DNA of 64,000 bases from Dehalococcoidia bacterium (GTDB lineage Bacteria; Chloroflexota; Dehalococcoidia; SZUA-161; SpSt-899): NCBI GenBank assembly GCA_046498265.1, contig JAWOBB010000044.1, forward strand, positions 32,664-96,663, in the 5' to 3' direction. The notes below the pieces were generated by a model. The model did no database searches. It worked only from the letters and a program-made list of their open reading frames with translations, and was not told the DNA's origin. This document shows, piece by piece, positions 9,570 through 21,224 of this stretch. Position numbers and translations under genes: made by a program. Positions within the stretch are counted from its first letter, which is position 1. Each line of letters opens with the position of its first letter.

Positions 9570-10859
9570 GCTTTGAAAGACGATTTTCCCTGACACGATT
9601 GTGGCAACCACCTTTCCCTGAAGTGTTTCACCGTCCCATGGGGTATTCTTACCTTTGGAAGCGAACCTGTCCGGCTCTACAACCCACCTGGCATGGGGAT
9701 CGAAAATGGTGATATCAGCTGGCGAATCCGGGGTTAGATTACCGGCCCCGGTAAGTGCCAGTATTTTTGCCGGTTCAGCGGTCAGCTTGGAAATCAAGGT
9801 GGGCAGCTCGACTTCTCCCCTGTCAACCAGTCGCATCAGGCTCCCCAGCGCGGTCTCGAATCCGCTGATCCCAAAGGCCGCCTCCTCAAAATAGGCCGCC
9901 TTATCCGCTCGTGTATGCGGGGCATGGTCTGTAGCTATGATATCGATGGTTCCATCGTTAAGCCCTCCGATTAACGCTTCTCTATCCTGCTCTGTACGCA
10001 ATGGAGGCTTAACCTTGGCAGCGGTACCGGCAATAGCCACCCTGTCCTCAGTCAGTGTAAGGTGATGAGGGGTAGCCTCGGCGGTGACCATCACCCCCTC
10101 CCGCTTGCCCTGCCGGATCAGATCCACCGAACCGGCGGTGCTGACATGGGCAATGTGAATCCATCCACCGGTCTCCCGGGCCAGTTCGATATCTCTTTCC
10201 ACCATGCTTTCCTCAGCGACAGGAGTTATTCCTTTGAAACCCAGCCAGGAAGCTACAGTACCTTCATTCATCGAGCCCTCACCGGAAAGTTCTTTATCTT
10301 CACAATGGTCGATAATGGGAATGTTCAACAGCCTGCTCTGCTCCAGGGCCTGACGCATAATTTCGGCCCTGGCAACTGGATCACCGTCGTCGCTGAAGGC
10401 CACAACCCCGACTTTATGTAAAGTTGCCAGGTCGGCAAGTTTCAGTCCCTTTCGACCCTCCGTTATTGTGCCAATCGGCAAAACATGAACTGCACCTTCC
10501 CTTTCCACAATATTCAGGATTCGATATACCAGTTCGGGAGTTGCAATTGGAGGCTCAGTATTGGGCATGCAGCAAACTGTGGTAAAGCCTCCCCTGGCCG
10601 CCGCTGCCGTTCCAGTAGCAATAGTTTCCTTCTCCTCATATCCAGGTTGCCGGAGGTGGCAATGGAGGTCAATAAAGCCGGGAGTCACAACCATCCCTGA
10701 AGCATCCAGCATAGTGCAGTTTTCAGCCGAAAAGGATGCCAAATCCCCGAATTGAACAATTTTTTCTCCAATAACTAAAATGTCGCCAACCTGGTCAAGG
10801 CCATTCGAAGGGTCGATTGTCCTTCCATTTCGAATTAGCAGATTTGTTTTTGTACTCAT
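9564..10859 (-). CDS. pyrC: dihydroorotase (amidohydrolase superfamily)
   Basis: DLHCHLRQPG metal-binding motif. Start taken at MSTKTNLLIRNGR (the ORF extends to 10889). Confidence 0.8.
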   Translation of the reverse strand: MSTKTNLLIRNGRTIDPSNGLDQVGDILVIGEKIVQFGDLASFSAENCTMLDASGMVVTPGFIDLHCHLRQPGYEEKETIATGTAAAARGGFTTVCCMPNTEPPIATPELVYRILNIVEREGAVHVLPIGTITEGRKGLKLADLATLHKVGVVAFSDDGDPVARAEIMRQALEQSRLLNIPIIDHCEDKELSGEGSMNEGTVASWLGFKGITPVAEESMVERDIELARETGGWIHIAHVSTAGSVDLIRQGKREGVMVTAEATPHHLTLTEDRVAIAGTAAKVKPPLRTEQDREALIGGLNDGTIDIIATDHAPHTRADKAAYFEEAAFGISGFETALGSLMRLVDRGEVELPTLISKLTAEPAKILALTGAGNLTPDSPADITIFDPHARWVVEPDRFASKGKNTPWDGETLQGKVVATIVSGKIVFQSL

Positions 10860-10946
10860 CCGGTTTCGGTGATTATAACATGTCGCCACTTGTTCCGAAA
10901 GTTGGACAAAGTGCCCTCTGTTATTATATTATTAAATGTTGCCTGC

Positions 10947-10975
10947 TTGACATTATCCTCCGGGAATGATTAAAT
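10947..10975 (+). promoter_or_regulatory. sigma70-like promoter for the str operon (TTGACA-17-TTAAAT)
   Basis: Read directly, about 55 nt upstream of rpsL. Confidence 0.45.
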
Positions 10976-11027
10976 CTGATATTGTTGAGTTAATCACCAT
11001 AGGGAAATAAGGAAAAGGACAAAAGTA

Positions 11028-11447
11028 TTGCCAACAGTTAATCAACTGGTAAAGAAAGGCCGAAAAAGCACCGGCAAGCGTGCCAAAAGCCCGGCGTTAC
11101 AATACTCTTACAGTTCACTAACCGGAAGAACCAGACGCAACAGGATAGGGGCACCTCAGCGGCGCGGGGTATGTTTGCAGGTTAAAACGATACCACCCAA
11201 AAAACCCAATTCAGCGTTGCGCAAGGTGGCCAGAGTCAGGCTGACAAACGGGATAGAGATTACGGCCTATATTCCGGGTGAGGGTCATAACCTTCAGGAA
11301 CACTCGGTTGTCCTGGTACGTGGTGGCCGAGTTCCCGATCTGCCGGGAGTTCGCTATCACATAGTCCGTGGTGCTCTGGATACTGAAGGGGTAACGGGAC
11401 GTCAGAGCAGCCGCAGCAAATACGGTGCCAAACGCCCTAAAAAGTAG
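11028..11447 (+). CDS. rpsL: 30S ribosomal protein S12
   Basis: [12 protein letters not shown]...; TTG start. Confidence 0.95.
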   Translation: MPTVNQLVKKGRKSTGKRAKSPALQYSYSSLTGRTRRNRIGAPQRRGVCLQVKTIPPKKPNSALRKVARVRLTNGIEITAYIPGEGHNLQEHSVVLVRGGRVPDLPGVRYHIVRGALDTEGVTGRQSSRSKYGAKRPKK

Positions 11448-11539
11448 GTTTTCTCCGATACGGAAGAGGAATCTTTTAATGAGGAGCTTCCGTCATTCAA
11501 TAAGTGATGGAAGCTTTTTCGATGCAATAAGGGGTACAC

Positions 11540-12010
11540 ATGCCAAGAAGAGGAAAAGTTACCAAGCGAGTAATACTTCCCGACGTGAAGTACAACAGCG
11601 AAAAGCTGGCCAGATTTATCAACAAAGTCATGTTTGATGGCAAAAAGAGCAAGGCTGAGCGCATCGTTTACGACATGATGGACATAGTGCAGGAGCAGAC
11701 CAAACGCGATCCACTTGAGGTCTTCGAAGAAGCCTTGCAAAACGTCACCCCTATTATGGAAGTAAAACCTCGCCGAATAGGAGGAGCCACTTATCAAGTC
11801 CCTATCGAAGTGACCCCGGCCCGCGGTTTATCCCTGTCAATGAGATGGCTCGTGAGCACTGCCAGGTCGCGCAAAGGAAAGCCCATGGCGGAAAAGCTGG
11901 CAGCGGAAATAATCGATGCATCTCAAAACGAGGGGGCCACTGTCAAGAAGCGAACCGATACGCACAAGATGGCCGAAGCAAACCGGGCATTTGCCCATTA
12001 CAGATGGTAA
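11540..12010 (+). CDS. rpsG: 30S ribosomal protein S7
   Basis: [15 protein letters not shown]... Confidence 0.95.
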   Translation: MPRRGKVTKRVILPDVKYNSEKLARFINKVMFDGKKSKAERIVYDMMDIVQEQTKRDPLEVFEEALQNVTPIMEVKPRRIGGATYQVPIEVTPARGLSLSMRWLVSTARSRKGKPMAEKLAAEIIDASQNEGATVKKRTDTHKMAEANRAFAHYRW

Positions 12011-12017
12011 TTCAGAG

Positions 12018-14099
12018 ATGGTGAAAGCACAAACTGAGGCAAGACCGATGTCTCGCGATGTCCAGCTGGAACGCATACGCAATATCGGAGTCATAGCCCA
12101 TATCGATGCGGGGAAAACCACCGCCACCGAGATGATCTTGCATTATAGCGGGCGCACTTATAAGATTGGTCGGGTTGATGACGGAACCGCCGAAATGGAC
12201 TGGATGGATCAGGAACGAGAACGCGGGATCACCATCGTCTCAGCTGCAACCAGTTGTCAGTGGAAGGGATATCACATCAACTTGATTGACACTCCCGGAC
12301 ACGTGGATTTTACCGCTGAAGTGGAACGCAGTCTCCGTGTACTCGATGGAGGAGTAGTTGTTTTCGACGGCGTGGCAGGTGTTGAATCCCAATCTGAAAT
12401 GGTCTGGCGTCAAGCCGATAGATATAACGTGCCGCGAATTTGTTTCGTGAACAAAATGGACCGTACGGGGGCCGATTTCTGGCGAACCATCGAGACAATG
12501 AAACAGCGGCTGAAAACCAATCCGGTACCGATTCAAATGCCAATTGGTGCTGAAGACAATTTCCAGGGAATTATCGATCTGCTCGAGGAAAAGGCATGGT
12601 ATTTTTCTGCAGGAAGTAATGTCGAACAGGGGGGAATTCCGGACGAGTATAGAAAAACAGCTTCGGATTACCGACAGAACCTGATCGAGAAGGTCGCCGA
12701 AGTCGATGATGAGGTAATGAACGCTTATATCAGCGATAGTGAAATAGACATCCCTATGTTGAAAGCGGGTCTGCGACGCGGAACAATTTCCACCAGACTC
12801 GTTCCCATTCTCTGTGGCAGCGCACTTAGAGACAGGGGCATCCAACCGGTCCTCGATGCTATAGTCGATTTTCTGCCCTCCCCCCTGGATATACCCCCTA
12901 TCAATGGCCTGGACCCCAAAACCGGACAGGAGAAAGTAAGACCGCCAGAAGATTCTGCGCCCTTTTCCGCACTGGCATTCAAAATAGTAACCGATCCCTT
13001 CGTAGGCCGTCTGGTTTATCTCAGAGTATACTCGGGGAGTGTTAAATCCGGGGAACAGGTCTACAACGCAGCAACGGGAAAGAAAGAAAGAATCGGGCGA
13101 TTGTATCAGATGCATGCTAATGATCGTGAAGAGATTCCGGCTGCTTATACCGGGGGAATTGTGGCCGCAGTAGGGTTGAAGGAGACGTCCACCGGGGACA
13201 CCATCTGCGATTCCAAACAACCCGTTCTACTGGAATCGATTGCTTTCCCGGAACCGGTAATCTCTATAGCCATTGAGCCCAAATCCAAAGTTGATCAGGA
13301 TAGAATCGTTGATTCTCTTGCCAAGCTCGCGGAAGAAGACCCTACTTTTAAGGTCCAGTACAATGAACAGACGGGTCAAACGCTGATTTCCGGTATGGGA
13401 GAATTGCAGCTGGAAGTTATTGTAACTCGCCTGCTGCGTGAGTTCCAGGTAAAGGCAAGGGTCAGTAAGCCGCGGGTTGCATATAAGGAAACCATTACTG
13501 ATTCCAGCCAGGCGGAGGGAAGGTTCATACGCCAGAGTGGGGGGCGCGGCCAATACGGGGTTGTCCGGCTGGAAATTGAACCTCTGGAACGTGGGCAAGG
13601 GGTTGAGTTCGCCAATAAAATCGTCGGCGGTAACGTGCCTAAGGAATATATTCCCGCAATAAAAGTCGGCGTGGAAGAAGCCCTGGGCGAAGGGCCTGTC
13701 GCTGGCTATCCGGTAACAGACGTTCGGATATCAGCAGTAGATGGCAGCTATCACGAGGTGGATTCCTCCGAAATTGCTTTCCGGATGGCGGGGTCTATTG
13801 GAACCAGAGCCTGCCTCGAAAAAGCCAAACCTGTCTTGCTCGAACCAGTGATGAAAATGGAAGTTACCACACCGGAGGAATTCCTGAGTGAAGTGATCGG
13901 TGGGCTTAATGCCCGCCGGGCTAATATTGAAAGTATCGATACGCATCAAGGATTCGGGGTTATTATCTGTTACCTTCCGCTCGGAGAAAGCTTCGGTTAT
14001 GCTACCAACTTAAGGTCGATAAGCCAGGGAAGGGCAAGTTTCTTTATGGGATTTGACCATTATGAAATAGTCCCTAAAGAACAAGCCAGTAAAATATAA
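12018..14099 (+). CDS. fusA: elongation factor G
   Basis: The ORF runs from 11916. ATG at 12018 lies just after the rpsG stop. [15 protein letters not shown]-domain; 693 aa. Confidence 0.93.
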   Translation: MVKAQTEARPMSRDVQLERIRNIGVIAHIDAGKTTATEMILHYSGRTYKIGRVDDGTAEMDWMDQERERGITIVSAATSCQWKGYHINLIDTPGHVDFTAEVERSLRVLDGGVVVFDGVAGVESQSEMVWRQADRYNVPRICFVNKMDRTGADFWRTIETMKQRLKTNPVPIQMPIGAEDNFQGIIDLLEEKAWYFSAGSNVEQGGIPDEYRKTASDYRQNLIEKVAEVDDEVMNAYISDSEIDIPMLKAGLRRGTISTRLVPILCGSALRDRGIQPVLDAIVDFLPSPLDIPPINGLDPKTGQEKVRPPEDSAPFSALAFKIVTDPFVGRLVYLRVYSGSVKSGEQVYNAATGKKERIGRLYQMHANDREEIPAAYTGGIVAAVGLKETSTGDTICDSKQPVLLESIAFPEPVISIAIEPKSKVDQDRIVDSLAKLAEEDPTFKVQYNEQTGQTLISGMGELQLEVIVTRLLREFQVKARVSKPRVAYKETITDSSQAEGRFIRQSGGRGQYGVVRLEIEPLERGQGVEFANKIVGGNVPKEYIPAIKVGVEEALGEGPVAGYPVTDVRISAVDGSYHEVDSSEIAFRMAGSIGTRACLEKAKPVLLEPVMKMEVTTPEEFLSEVIGGLNARRANIESIDTHQGFGVIICYLPLGESFGYATNLRSISQGRASFFMGFDHYEIVPKEQASKI

Positions 14100-14130
14100 C
14101 TAAGGACATGTTTCAAGGATAGCCACTATA

Positions 14131-14439
14131 ATGGCCAAGCAGAAAGTCAGAATCAAGCTCAAATCATATGACCACAAGATACTGGATCAATCGGCTGCCT
14201 ATATAGTTGAGTCGGCAGAGAGCACGGGAGCGGCGGTAGTAGGTCCGATTCCGCTTCCCACCCATATCAGGAAGTATTGTGTAACTCGCTCTCCTTTCAT
14301 AAACAAGGACTCCCGGGAAGAGTTCGAGATACGGACCCATAAAAGATTGATCGATATCATGGAACCCACTCCCAAAACGGTGGATGCGCTGACACAGCTC
14401 AATCTGCCCAGCGGTGTGAGTATCGAGATCAAGATTTAG
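14131..14439 (+). CDS. rpsJ: 30S ribosomal protein S10
   Basis: [21 protein letters not shown]... Confidence 0.95.
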   Translation: MAKQKVRIKLKSYDHKILDQSAAYIVESAESTGAAVVGPIPLPTHIRKYCVTRSPFINKDSREEFEIRTHKRLIDIMEPTPKTVDALTQLNLPSGVSIEIKI

Positions 14440-14525
14440 CTTAACACGAGAGCACACTCAAGATGGATTGGCCTGCTGCAGAATCCAGAGAGCGGGTTAA
14501 ATCTGAGAGGCGGAATTCGAGAGTT

Positions 14526-15143
14526 ATGGTTACGGGAATAATAGGAAAAAAAGTCGGGATGACCCGGATATTTGCCGAAGACGGTTCGGTAGTGCCGATT
14601 ACTGCCATCGAAGCAGGTCCCTGCACGATTACCCAGATAAAAACGGAGGAAAAGGCAGGTTATAACGCTATCCAGGTCGGATTCGGGGAATCCAAACGGC
14701 TGAATAAGCCGGAAAAGGGGCACCTTAAGAATACCGGAGCATTCAAATACCTCAGGGAATTTAAAATAGAGGACGTCTCCGAAATCGAAACGGGGCAGAA
14801 GATAACAGTAGATATATTTGAGCCTGGTGAAAGGGTGAACGTAGTAGGCACTTCCAAAGGGCGAGGTTTTACTGGTGTAGTAAAGCGCCACCATTTTGCC
14901 GGTGGCCCCAAAACACACGGCCAGAAGGATAGGCACAGAGCCCCAGGTTCAGTAGGGGGCGGAACTTATCCCGGCAAGACCTGGAAAGGGCAGCGAATGG
15001 CCGGTCATAAGGGCAACGCTAGAGTTACCGTGAAGAACTTGAAAGTAATACAAGCCAATCCGGAAAAGAATTTACTGCTCCTTAAAGGAGCAGTTCCCGG
15101 CCACAGGAATGGATTGATTCTTATCAAAAAAACCGAAACATAG
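14526..15143 (+). CDS. rplC: 50S ribosomal protein L3
   Basis: Start at [16 protein letters not shown] (the ORF begins at 14463); 205 aa. Confidence 0.9.
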   Translation: MVTGIIGKKVGMTRIFAEDGSVVPITAIEAGPCTITQIKTEEKAGYNAIQVGFGESKRLNKPEKGHLKNTGAFKYLREFKIEDVSEIETGQKITVDIFEPGERVNVVGTSKGRGFTGVVKRHHFAGGPKTHGQKDRHRAPGSVGGGTYPGKTWKGQRMAGHKGNARVTVKNLKVIQANPEKNLLLLKGAVPGHRNGLILIKKTET

Positions 15144-15169
15144 AAAATTTTCTGTTTCAAAGATGAAAA

Positions 15170-15196
15170 GGGCCTCTTTCCGGGAGGCCCTTTTTG
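15170..15196. terminator. rho-independent terminator after rplC (also 3' of the antisense ABC permease)
   Basis: GGGCCTC-tttccgg-GAGGCCC followed by TTTTT. Confidence 0.7.
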
Positions 15197-15225
15197 TTTG
15201 CCTTACCGAACTCTCAAAGTTTAAT

Positions 15226-18200
15226 CTATTCGTATCTCAGCGCCTCGGCCGGATAGATTCTGGCTGCCCGGTAAGCGGGCACAAACGTGGTGAACAGCGA
15301 AGCAACATAGGCTATAACCACTATCAGCCCCACTCGCCCCCAGGGAACTATGGCTTTGATCCCCTCAACTTCAGCATCATCCATAAAAAGCAACGCCGTA
15401 CCGGCTCCTAAACCTACCCCAATGCCAATCCCAAGCAGCGCCACAAAAGATGACTCCAGCAGAAACGTAAACTGGATCATCCACTGCCGGAAACCGATGG
15501 CCCGAAGCATGCCGACCTGATGGCGGCGCTCGACGACCGAGCGTGCCGCAATCACCCCCAGCGCCGCGATGCCCACGATCAACCCCAACGCCATGAAGGC
15601 CATCATCAGGTTAAAGACCATCTCCTGCAGATCCATGATTGATTTGACCTCTTCCTCCATCACCTCGGTGTTCATTCCGTTTTCGGCGAAGCTTTTCTCC
15701 AGAGTCCTGGCAATCTCCGGAATCCTGTCAGTATTCTCAGGAGTTACCTTGAATCTATAGGCAGTCGGGGCAGCCGGCCTTCCCCAGATCCTGTCCACGG
15801 TATCCTGTGATGTGGTAATCAACCCTGCATATAAGCTGGACATTGCATCGATAACCCCGATCACCTGCAATTTGTCTGTTTCCCCTGTGAATGAATTCTT
15901 CACTTCAATGAAAATATCATCCGGGATGAATTCATCCACGATCACAAATTCCCCTTCGCCAACAACAAGACCTATCCCATTGTCACCCATCTGTGTGTAC
16001 TGGGTAGGGACTATGGCACTGCTGACTATCGCCAGCGAGGGGTCATTGTTCAATGCCTGCCATACCTCTTCCCCTGATGAATATTCGGCGACAGTAATCT
16101 CGAAATCATAGTTTACATTTTCGGTATATTCGGCATTCGCCCCCATGAGAATTAAGTCAACCCATTCTTCTTCTGGCGCTTTTCCATCCCCGTAAACTTC
16201 GAGGTCTTTTCCCAAATTTAAAGCTCCATCACCGGGCAATCCACTTGCATCACGCATCTTTGCCGGAATGATGCTGAAAGCGCCGATAGCCTCAAAATCA
16301 TCCGGAGCCACTCCATCGGCATTGACGAGAGCCGCTTCCATATCAGGTATCGGGTTGTTGTAGTTTATCTCAGCACGGATGTCGAAACCTCCGGTCAATC
16401 GGTCGGTATCCTCCAGCATGCCCTGAATTGAGGCTACCGCCGCAGACATAAATACCAGCGTGAAAATAATGAGAGCGAACATGGCCATCGCCATGCCGGT
16501 CCGAAAACGGCTGGCCATAGGGTAGGATACCGCAGTTTTGATCATGGGAGTGAATGAACTCAGCCTGCCAAACGCCGCCATAAGCGCTTTCAGCAACAGG
16601 TCCGAGTTGTACATGACAACCCAGACCGCAGCCATCACCAGCATCACTCCGGTCAGGATAAACATCTCGAAACCGGCACCCATCTCTTCCCCTTTGGGGT
16701 GCCATTCAGTCGGAGAAAGCCAGAAAATCAAAAGGCCAATTCCCGCCAGCGTGAAAGCGGGCCGATCCGGCAAATGAACAGGCCATTTCCGCGCCAGCAG
16801 GCACAATCCGATAATTATAAGCGAACTCCCCAGGGAATAGGATGCCCACTGCTCTTGCTGAATCCCGATAATCACCAATAACAATCCGAAAATCGGGGAA
16901 ATAAAGGGGATAAGTCGAACCAGAAGTTTCAACCTCAGCCCCGTTATCTGAATGAGTCTTCCCGGATTGATTGTAAATACCCGGAAAGCTCTTTTGAACA
17001 GAGTCCAGGAGCTTTCTTCATGAAAGTCCGGTGGCTCCGGTATGTCCCTGATGGCACAAATTATGTTCAACCGGCTCACCCGCCGAGCCGAGACAACCAC
17101 CACCAGCAGCGTGAAAATAACCCCTGCCATGTAGGAAATGGCCACTCCGCTGCTCGTATAATCGAAGACTATTCTGAAGCCCATATCCTCGAAAGCAGCA
17201 TCGAGGATCGCCATTCCGCCCCAGGTAATCACTAGACCGAGGCCACTACCAACAGCGGAGGCCACCAATGCATAAAGAACACCTTCGAACGTAAACAGCC
17301 TGACTATGTGCCCCCGCTGGGTGCCGATAGCCCTGGCAATGCCCAGTTCCTGTTTGCGTTCGGCAGCCAGCATCACAAAGATGAGAAAAATAAGCAGGAT
17401 ACCGGCGATCATGGAAAAGCTGCCCATCACCAGGAACATCGTGGAAAAAGCGGCCCCCCTTTCATCCGCCTCGTCAAGCACTTCCTTCTTGATCGGCTCG
17501 GCCTTGAGCCCGGTTTCCTCCAATGCTGGCTCGAGCACCTCCATGACAGCATCGGTATGGGAGGCCCCGACAACAGCCCCTCCCTGATTAGTAATCAATA
17601 TGTAATTGATATCCTTGGAACCGCGCAAGTCCTGGAGTTGCACCAGCGTCATAACCGCGGTGGCATCGGAATCGAAGCTGAACATCGATGGTCGCCCGCC
17701 GGTTTCGTAAATACCGGCCACAGTCAGCGAGGCACCCTTAGCACTCAGGAAAATATCGATGGTGTCCCCAGCATCTGCTTCCAGGGCTTCCGCCAGTCCG
17801 GTATTGATATAGATATAATCGTCCCCACGCTCTGCCAGCTCGTCCAGAGATAGCATATCGCCCTTCTCATCCTGCAACGGGGTAAAGCCGGACATGTACC
17901 GGCTGTCGAACCCCAGCAGGGTAACCGAAGGCTCATTCAGTTTGCTTGGCGCCACCGCCGGAACGGTTTCGATGATTGCCGGAGCCACCCCTGCGACAAT
18001 ACCCTCTCCTTTCAATTCAGCAAGGGCATCATCCACAGTTTTGAGTTGACCGAGATCGAAATAACTGGTACTCTCACCACTCTCCAGAGAATGGCCTCCT
18101 ATCCCGCCAAAATCGGCCCCCTCACGCATCACCATGATGTCCGTTTCCCCAAGGTAATCCACGGCCAGGTTCCGGATGGAGTATGTCAGCGTATCCCCGG

Positions 18201-18399
18201 TAGCAAAGGAAGCGGAAAAAATCATCGCCGCCAGCATCAAACCAAGAAGTATGAGGACTGTGTTGGCAGGGCGCCGGGGGATATTCCTGGCCCCCATTTT
18301 GAACAGCACCCTGTTACCAAGAGCGCTTATAATCAGGACAGCCCCGCTAATGCCAAAGATGAATATCAGCGGAACTAAAAGAGATTTCAGGCTTTCCAT
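15226..18399 (-). CDS. ABC transporter permease, FtsX/MacB-like, double FtsX domain (1057 aa)
   Basis: Large membrane protein with two FtsX-like 4-TM bundles and big extracytoplasmic domains. It pairs with the adjacent ATPase. Confidence 0.8.
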   Translation of the reverse strand: MESLKSLLVPLIFIFGISGAVLIISALGNRVLFKMGARNIPRRPANTVLILLGLMLAAMIFSASFATGDTLTYSIRNLAVDYLGETDIMVMREGADFGGIGGHSLESGESTSYFDLGQLKTVDDALAELKGEGIVAGVAPAIIETVPAVAPSKLNEPSVTLLGFDSRYMSGFTPLQDEKGDMLSLDELAERGDDYIYINTGLAEALEADAGDTIDIFLSAKGASLTVAGIYETGGRPSMFSFDSDATAVMTLVQLQDLRGSKDINYILITNQGGAVVGASHTDAVMEVLEPALEETGLKAEPIKKEVLDEADERGAAFSTMFLVMGSFSMIAGILLIFLIFVMLAAERKQELGIARAIGTQRGHIVRLFTFEGVLYALVASAVGSGLGLVITWGGMAILDAAFEDMGFRIVFDYTSSGVAISYMAGVIFTLLVVVVSARRVSRLNIICAIRDIPEPPDFHEESSWTLFKRAFRVFTINPGRLIQITGLRLKLLVRLIPFISPIFGLLLVIIGIQQEQWASYSLGSSLIIIGLCLLARKWPVHLPDRPAFTLAGIGLLIFWLSPTEWHPKGEEMGAGFEMFILTGVMLVMAAVWVVMYNSDLLLKALMAAFGRLSSFTPMIKTAVSYPMASRFRTGMAMAMFALIIFTLVFMSAAVASIQGMLEDTDRLTGGFDIRAEINYNNPIPDMEAALVNADGVAPDDFEAIGAFSIIPAKMRDASGLPGDGALNLGKDLEVYGDGKAPEEEWVDLILMGANAEYTENVNYDFEITVAEYSSGEEVWQALNNDPSLAIVSSAIVPTQYTQMGDNGIGLVVGEGEFVIVDEFIPDDIFIEVKNSFTGETDKLQVIGVIDAMSSLYAGLITTSQDTVDRIWGRPAAPTAYRFKVTPENTDRIPEIARTLEKSFAENGMNTEVMEEEVKSIMDLQEMVFNLMMAFMALGLIVGIAALGVIAARSVVERRHQVGMLRAIGFRQWMIQFTFLLESSFVALLGIGIGVGLGAGTALLFMDDAEVEGIKAIVPWGRVGLIVVIAYVASLFTTFVPAYRAARIYPAEALRYE

Positions 18400-18428
18400 G
18401 AATTGTTTACTCTATGACAAATTATCAT

Positions 18429-19100
18429 TTAACCATCGATGATCCCATCGCGCATGCGTATAATCCGGTCGGTGACCCGGCCCACCTCGTCAGAGTGGGT
18501 CACCAGAACGAATGTCTGCCCTTTCTGTTTATTAAGGTTACGCAGGACTTCCATGATCTCCATCGAGGTTTCACTATCAAGGTTGCCGGTGGGTTCATCC
18601 CCCCAGACGATAGCCGGGCTGTTGACCAGCGCCCGGGCCACCGCCACGCGCTGCTGCTGCCCGCCGGAAAGCTCCATGGGGCGTTTGTTTGTCTGGTCTC
18701 CAAGGTTTACCAGTTCCAGGATTTCCCCGGCCTGCCTGCGGGCCTGGCTCTGTTTTACTCCCGATACCAGCAAGGGAAGCTCGACATTTTCAACCACACT
18801 GAGGACCGGCAAAAGGTTGAAAGCCTGAAAAACAAATCCCATCTCTTCTGCCCGGAATTGAGTCCTTTGTTTATCACTCATTTTAGGGATTCGATTCCCC
18901 TTGACCACAATCTCGCCCTCATCTATATTGTCAATTCCGGAAAGGCAATTCAGGAGGGTGGTCTTGCCGCAACCGCTGGGACCCATCACAGCGACCATCT
19001 CCCCTTCCTCGATGCTAAGGTTCACACCTCGCAACGCATGAACCTTGACTTTACCCGTGTCATAGGTTTTGTGGACTCCTTTAACATTGATGATATCCAT
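18429..19100 (-). CDS. ABC transporter ATP-binding protein (MacB/LolD-type)
   Basis: Walker [10 protein letters not shown], signature [15 protein letters not shown] and Walker [12 protein letters not shown]. Confidence 0.9.
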   Translation of the reverse strand: MDIINVKGVHKTYDTGKVKVHALRGVNLSIEEGEMVAVMGPSGCGKTTLLNCLSGIDNIDEGEIVVKGNRIPKMSDKQRTQFRAEEMGFVFQAFNLLPVLSVVENVELPLLVSGVKQSQARRQAGEILELVNLGDQTNKRPMELSGGQQQRVAVARALVNSPAIVWGDEPTGNLDSETSMEIMEVLRNLNKQKGQTFVLVTHSDEVGRVTDRIIRMRDGIIDG

Positions 19101-19259
19101 AAAAGAACCCCTTCTTCCGCATTAGAGCTTCTTCTTAAAATCCCTGACAATAACAGCTAACACTATACCGCATCTTACTGCATTACACTATAGTTCGTTT
19201 ACATTAAAGGTGGATCAAAAAGCCAAAGCGAAAACAGCAAATTCTATTTCTGCCCCCTC

Positions 19260-19287
19260 TTGACATTCTCGATAATTCAGGTATGAT
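19260..19287 (+). promoter_or_regulatory. sigma70-like promoter restarting the S10 operon at rplD (TTGACA-16-TATGAT)
   Basis: Read directly in the 337-bp AT-rich spacer between the ABC ATPase start and rplD. Confidence 0.5.
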
Positions 19288-19437
19288 ACTTAAGTTGGGC
19301 AAATTTGCGCTCCTGTTGCGCTAAGGCGCAATTTTAAAGCAGATTTATATACAGCCCACAGCTACAGAAAATATGGATTTCCTTCTGGAAGCTGTTGGCT
19401 GTTTTTATGGAAAAGTTAAGGTATAAGACCGGGAAAG

Positions 19438-20085
19438 ATGGAAGTAGTCGTATACGATAGCAAAGGGTCAGAGCTGGAAAGGCTCGATCTGGACGAAAGC
19501 GTGTTTGGCGTGCCGATGAACGAGGTGATTGTACATCAAGCCCTGGTACGTCAACGGGCCAACGGGCGCGTCGGCACCGCCAAAGCCAAGACCAGAGCTG
19601 AAGTTGCGGGAAGTTCTCATAAACTCTACCGCCAGAAACACACTGGCAGGGCTAGGGCAGGGAATCGGGCCTCACCTTTACGCCGGCACGGAGGGACCAT
19701 TTTTGGCCCTAAACCAAGGAATTACCGGCAGGCATTGCCCAAAAAGATGCGCCGAAAGGCAATCAGGTGCCTGCTTTCCGCCAAGGTATCCGAGGGTTAT
19801 TTGAAGGTCGTTAACAAACTGGAAATGGAACAACCCCGAACCAGCGAAATGAACAGGCTTTTGAAGGTGCTTAAAATTGAGCATTCCGCCCTTATCGCCC
19901 TCCCCAATCCAGAGCAGAACACAATCAAATCAGTCAATAACCTACCGGGAGTAAAAACTATCCAGGCGCGGCAATTGAATGTTGTCGATTTACTCTCCTA
20001 CAAAAATCTGATTATCACCTCCGAGGCAATCAAACAGGTGGAAAATTTATGGGGGAGCAGGCAGGCTACCGAGGTGGCAGGATAA
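19438..20085 (+). CDS. rplD: 50S ribosomal protein L4
   Basis: L4 family sequence. Confidence 0.9.
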   Translation: MEVVVYDSKGSELERLDLDESVFGVPMNEVIVHQALVRQRANGRVGTAKAKTRAEVAGSSHKLYRQKHTGRARAGNRASPLRRHGGTIFGPKPRNYRQALPKKMRRKAIRCLLSAKVSEGYLKVVNKLEMEQPRTSEMNRLLKVLKIEHSALIALPNPEQNTIKSVNNLPGVKTIQARQLNVVDLLSYKNLIITSEAIKQVENLWGSRQATEVAG

Positions 20086-20090
20086 AGAAA

Positions 20091-20375
20091 ATGCACACTT
20101 ATGAAGTTCTCCGACGGCCGATAATTACCGAAAAAAACTCCCTTATGATGGATATGAACAAGTATGCTTTTGAGGTAGCAGCAGATGCTACAAAAACCCA
20201 GATAAAACAGGCCGTCGAAAAGATTTTTAACGTAAAGGTCACTGCCGTAAATATGATAACGGTACCGTCAAAACCAAGGGGTTTCGGCAGGATGAAAGGG
20301 CAAAGATCTTCCTGGAGAAAGGCAATTGTGACTCTCAAAGCAGGGTATAAAATCGAGATTTTCGAAGGTGTTTAA
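20091..20375 (+). CDS. rplW: 50S ribosomal protein L23
   Basis: Start at MHTYEVLRRPIITEK. Confidence 0.9.
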   Translation: MHTYEVLRRPIITEKNSLMMDMNKYAFEVAADATKTQIKQAVEKIFNVKVTAVNMITVPSKPRGFGRMKGQRSSWRKAIVTLKAGYKIEIFEGV

Positions 20376-20387
20376 GGAAAGTTCACC

Positions 20388-21212
20388 ATGTCTTTGAAAA
20401 TTTATAAACCCACTTCACCCGGCAGGCGGGGGATGACCGGCCTCAAATTCGAAGACCTAACCAAAAAGAAGCCGGAAAAATCGCTTACCGTCCCTATCCG
20501 CAAAAAAGGGGGAAGGAATAATACGGGGAAACTGACGGTACGCCATCGCGGTGGTGGGGCCAAACGCAGGTACAGGATAATCGACTTCAAACGAAATAAA
20601 ACCGGTATCCCCGGGAAAGTAGCCTCTATAGAATATGATCCCAACCGTTCGGCTAACATCGCTTTGATCCATTACGCTGATGGAGAAAAAAGATACATAC
20701 TGGCGCCTGTCGGGCTTAAAGTCGGCTCGCCGGTAATGGCAGGAAGCAATGCTGAGATTAAACCGGGAAATGCTATGCCTCTCAAATCAATCCCGATGGG
20801 AACCTCGATTCATAACATCGAGCTGAACCCGGGGCAGGGGGGTAAGCTCGTCCGCAGCGCTGGTAATGCAGCCACCCTCTATGGTATCGATGAAGGATTT
20901 GCCCTGATTCGGCTTCCCTCTAAAGAAGTTCGGCGAGTCCGGGAAGAGTGCATGGCTACTATAGGGCAGGTAGGCAACGTCGATTACGATGCTGTTACTA
21001 TAGGCAAAGCCGGTCGCAAGAGAAATATGGGGTGGAGGCCTACGGTACGCGGTTCGGCGATGAATCCGGTAGATCATCCACACGGTGGCGGTGAAGGGCG
21101 AGCTCCAATAGGATTGCCAGGCCCCAAAACGCCTTGGGGCAAGCCGGCCCGGGGGGTCAAGACTAGAAAGAACAAGAAGACCGAGAAATTGATCGTGAGA
21201 AGGCGTAAATAA
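20388..21212 (+). CDS. rplB: 50S ribosomal protein L2
   Basis: 274 aa; [16 protein letters not shown] motif. Confidence 0.95.
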   Translation: MSLKIYKPTSPGRRGMTGLKFEDLTKKKPEKSLTVPIRKKGGRNNTGKLTVRHRGGGAKRRYRIIDFKRNKTGIPGKVASIEYDPNRSANIALIHYADGEKRYILAPVGLKVGSPVMAGSNAEIKPGNAMPLKSIPMGTSIHNIELNPGQGGKLVRSAGNAATLYGIDEGFALIRLPSKEVRRVREECMATIGQVGNVDYDAVTIGKAGRKRNMGWRPTVRGSAMNPVDHPHGGGEGRAPIGLPGPKTPWGKPARGVKTRKNKKTEKLIVRRRK

Positions 21213-21224
21213 CCGGAGGTTCAA

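Noticed and set aside
12240-13220. A 326-aa minus-strand ORF inside fusA. Similar long antisense ORFs occur at 1979-2746 and 2801-3691 (in secA), 5236-6213 (in pgk), 56202-56846, 58244-59524 (426 aa) and 62066-62948 (in the flavoenzyme genes).
   Set aside because: They lie entirely antisense to strongly supported genes, have low-complexity Ser/Arg/Gly-rich translations and no RBS. They are typical GC-driven shadow ORFs.
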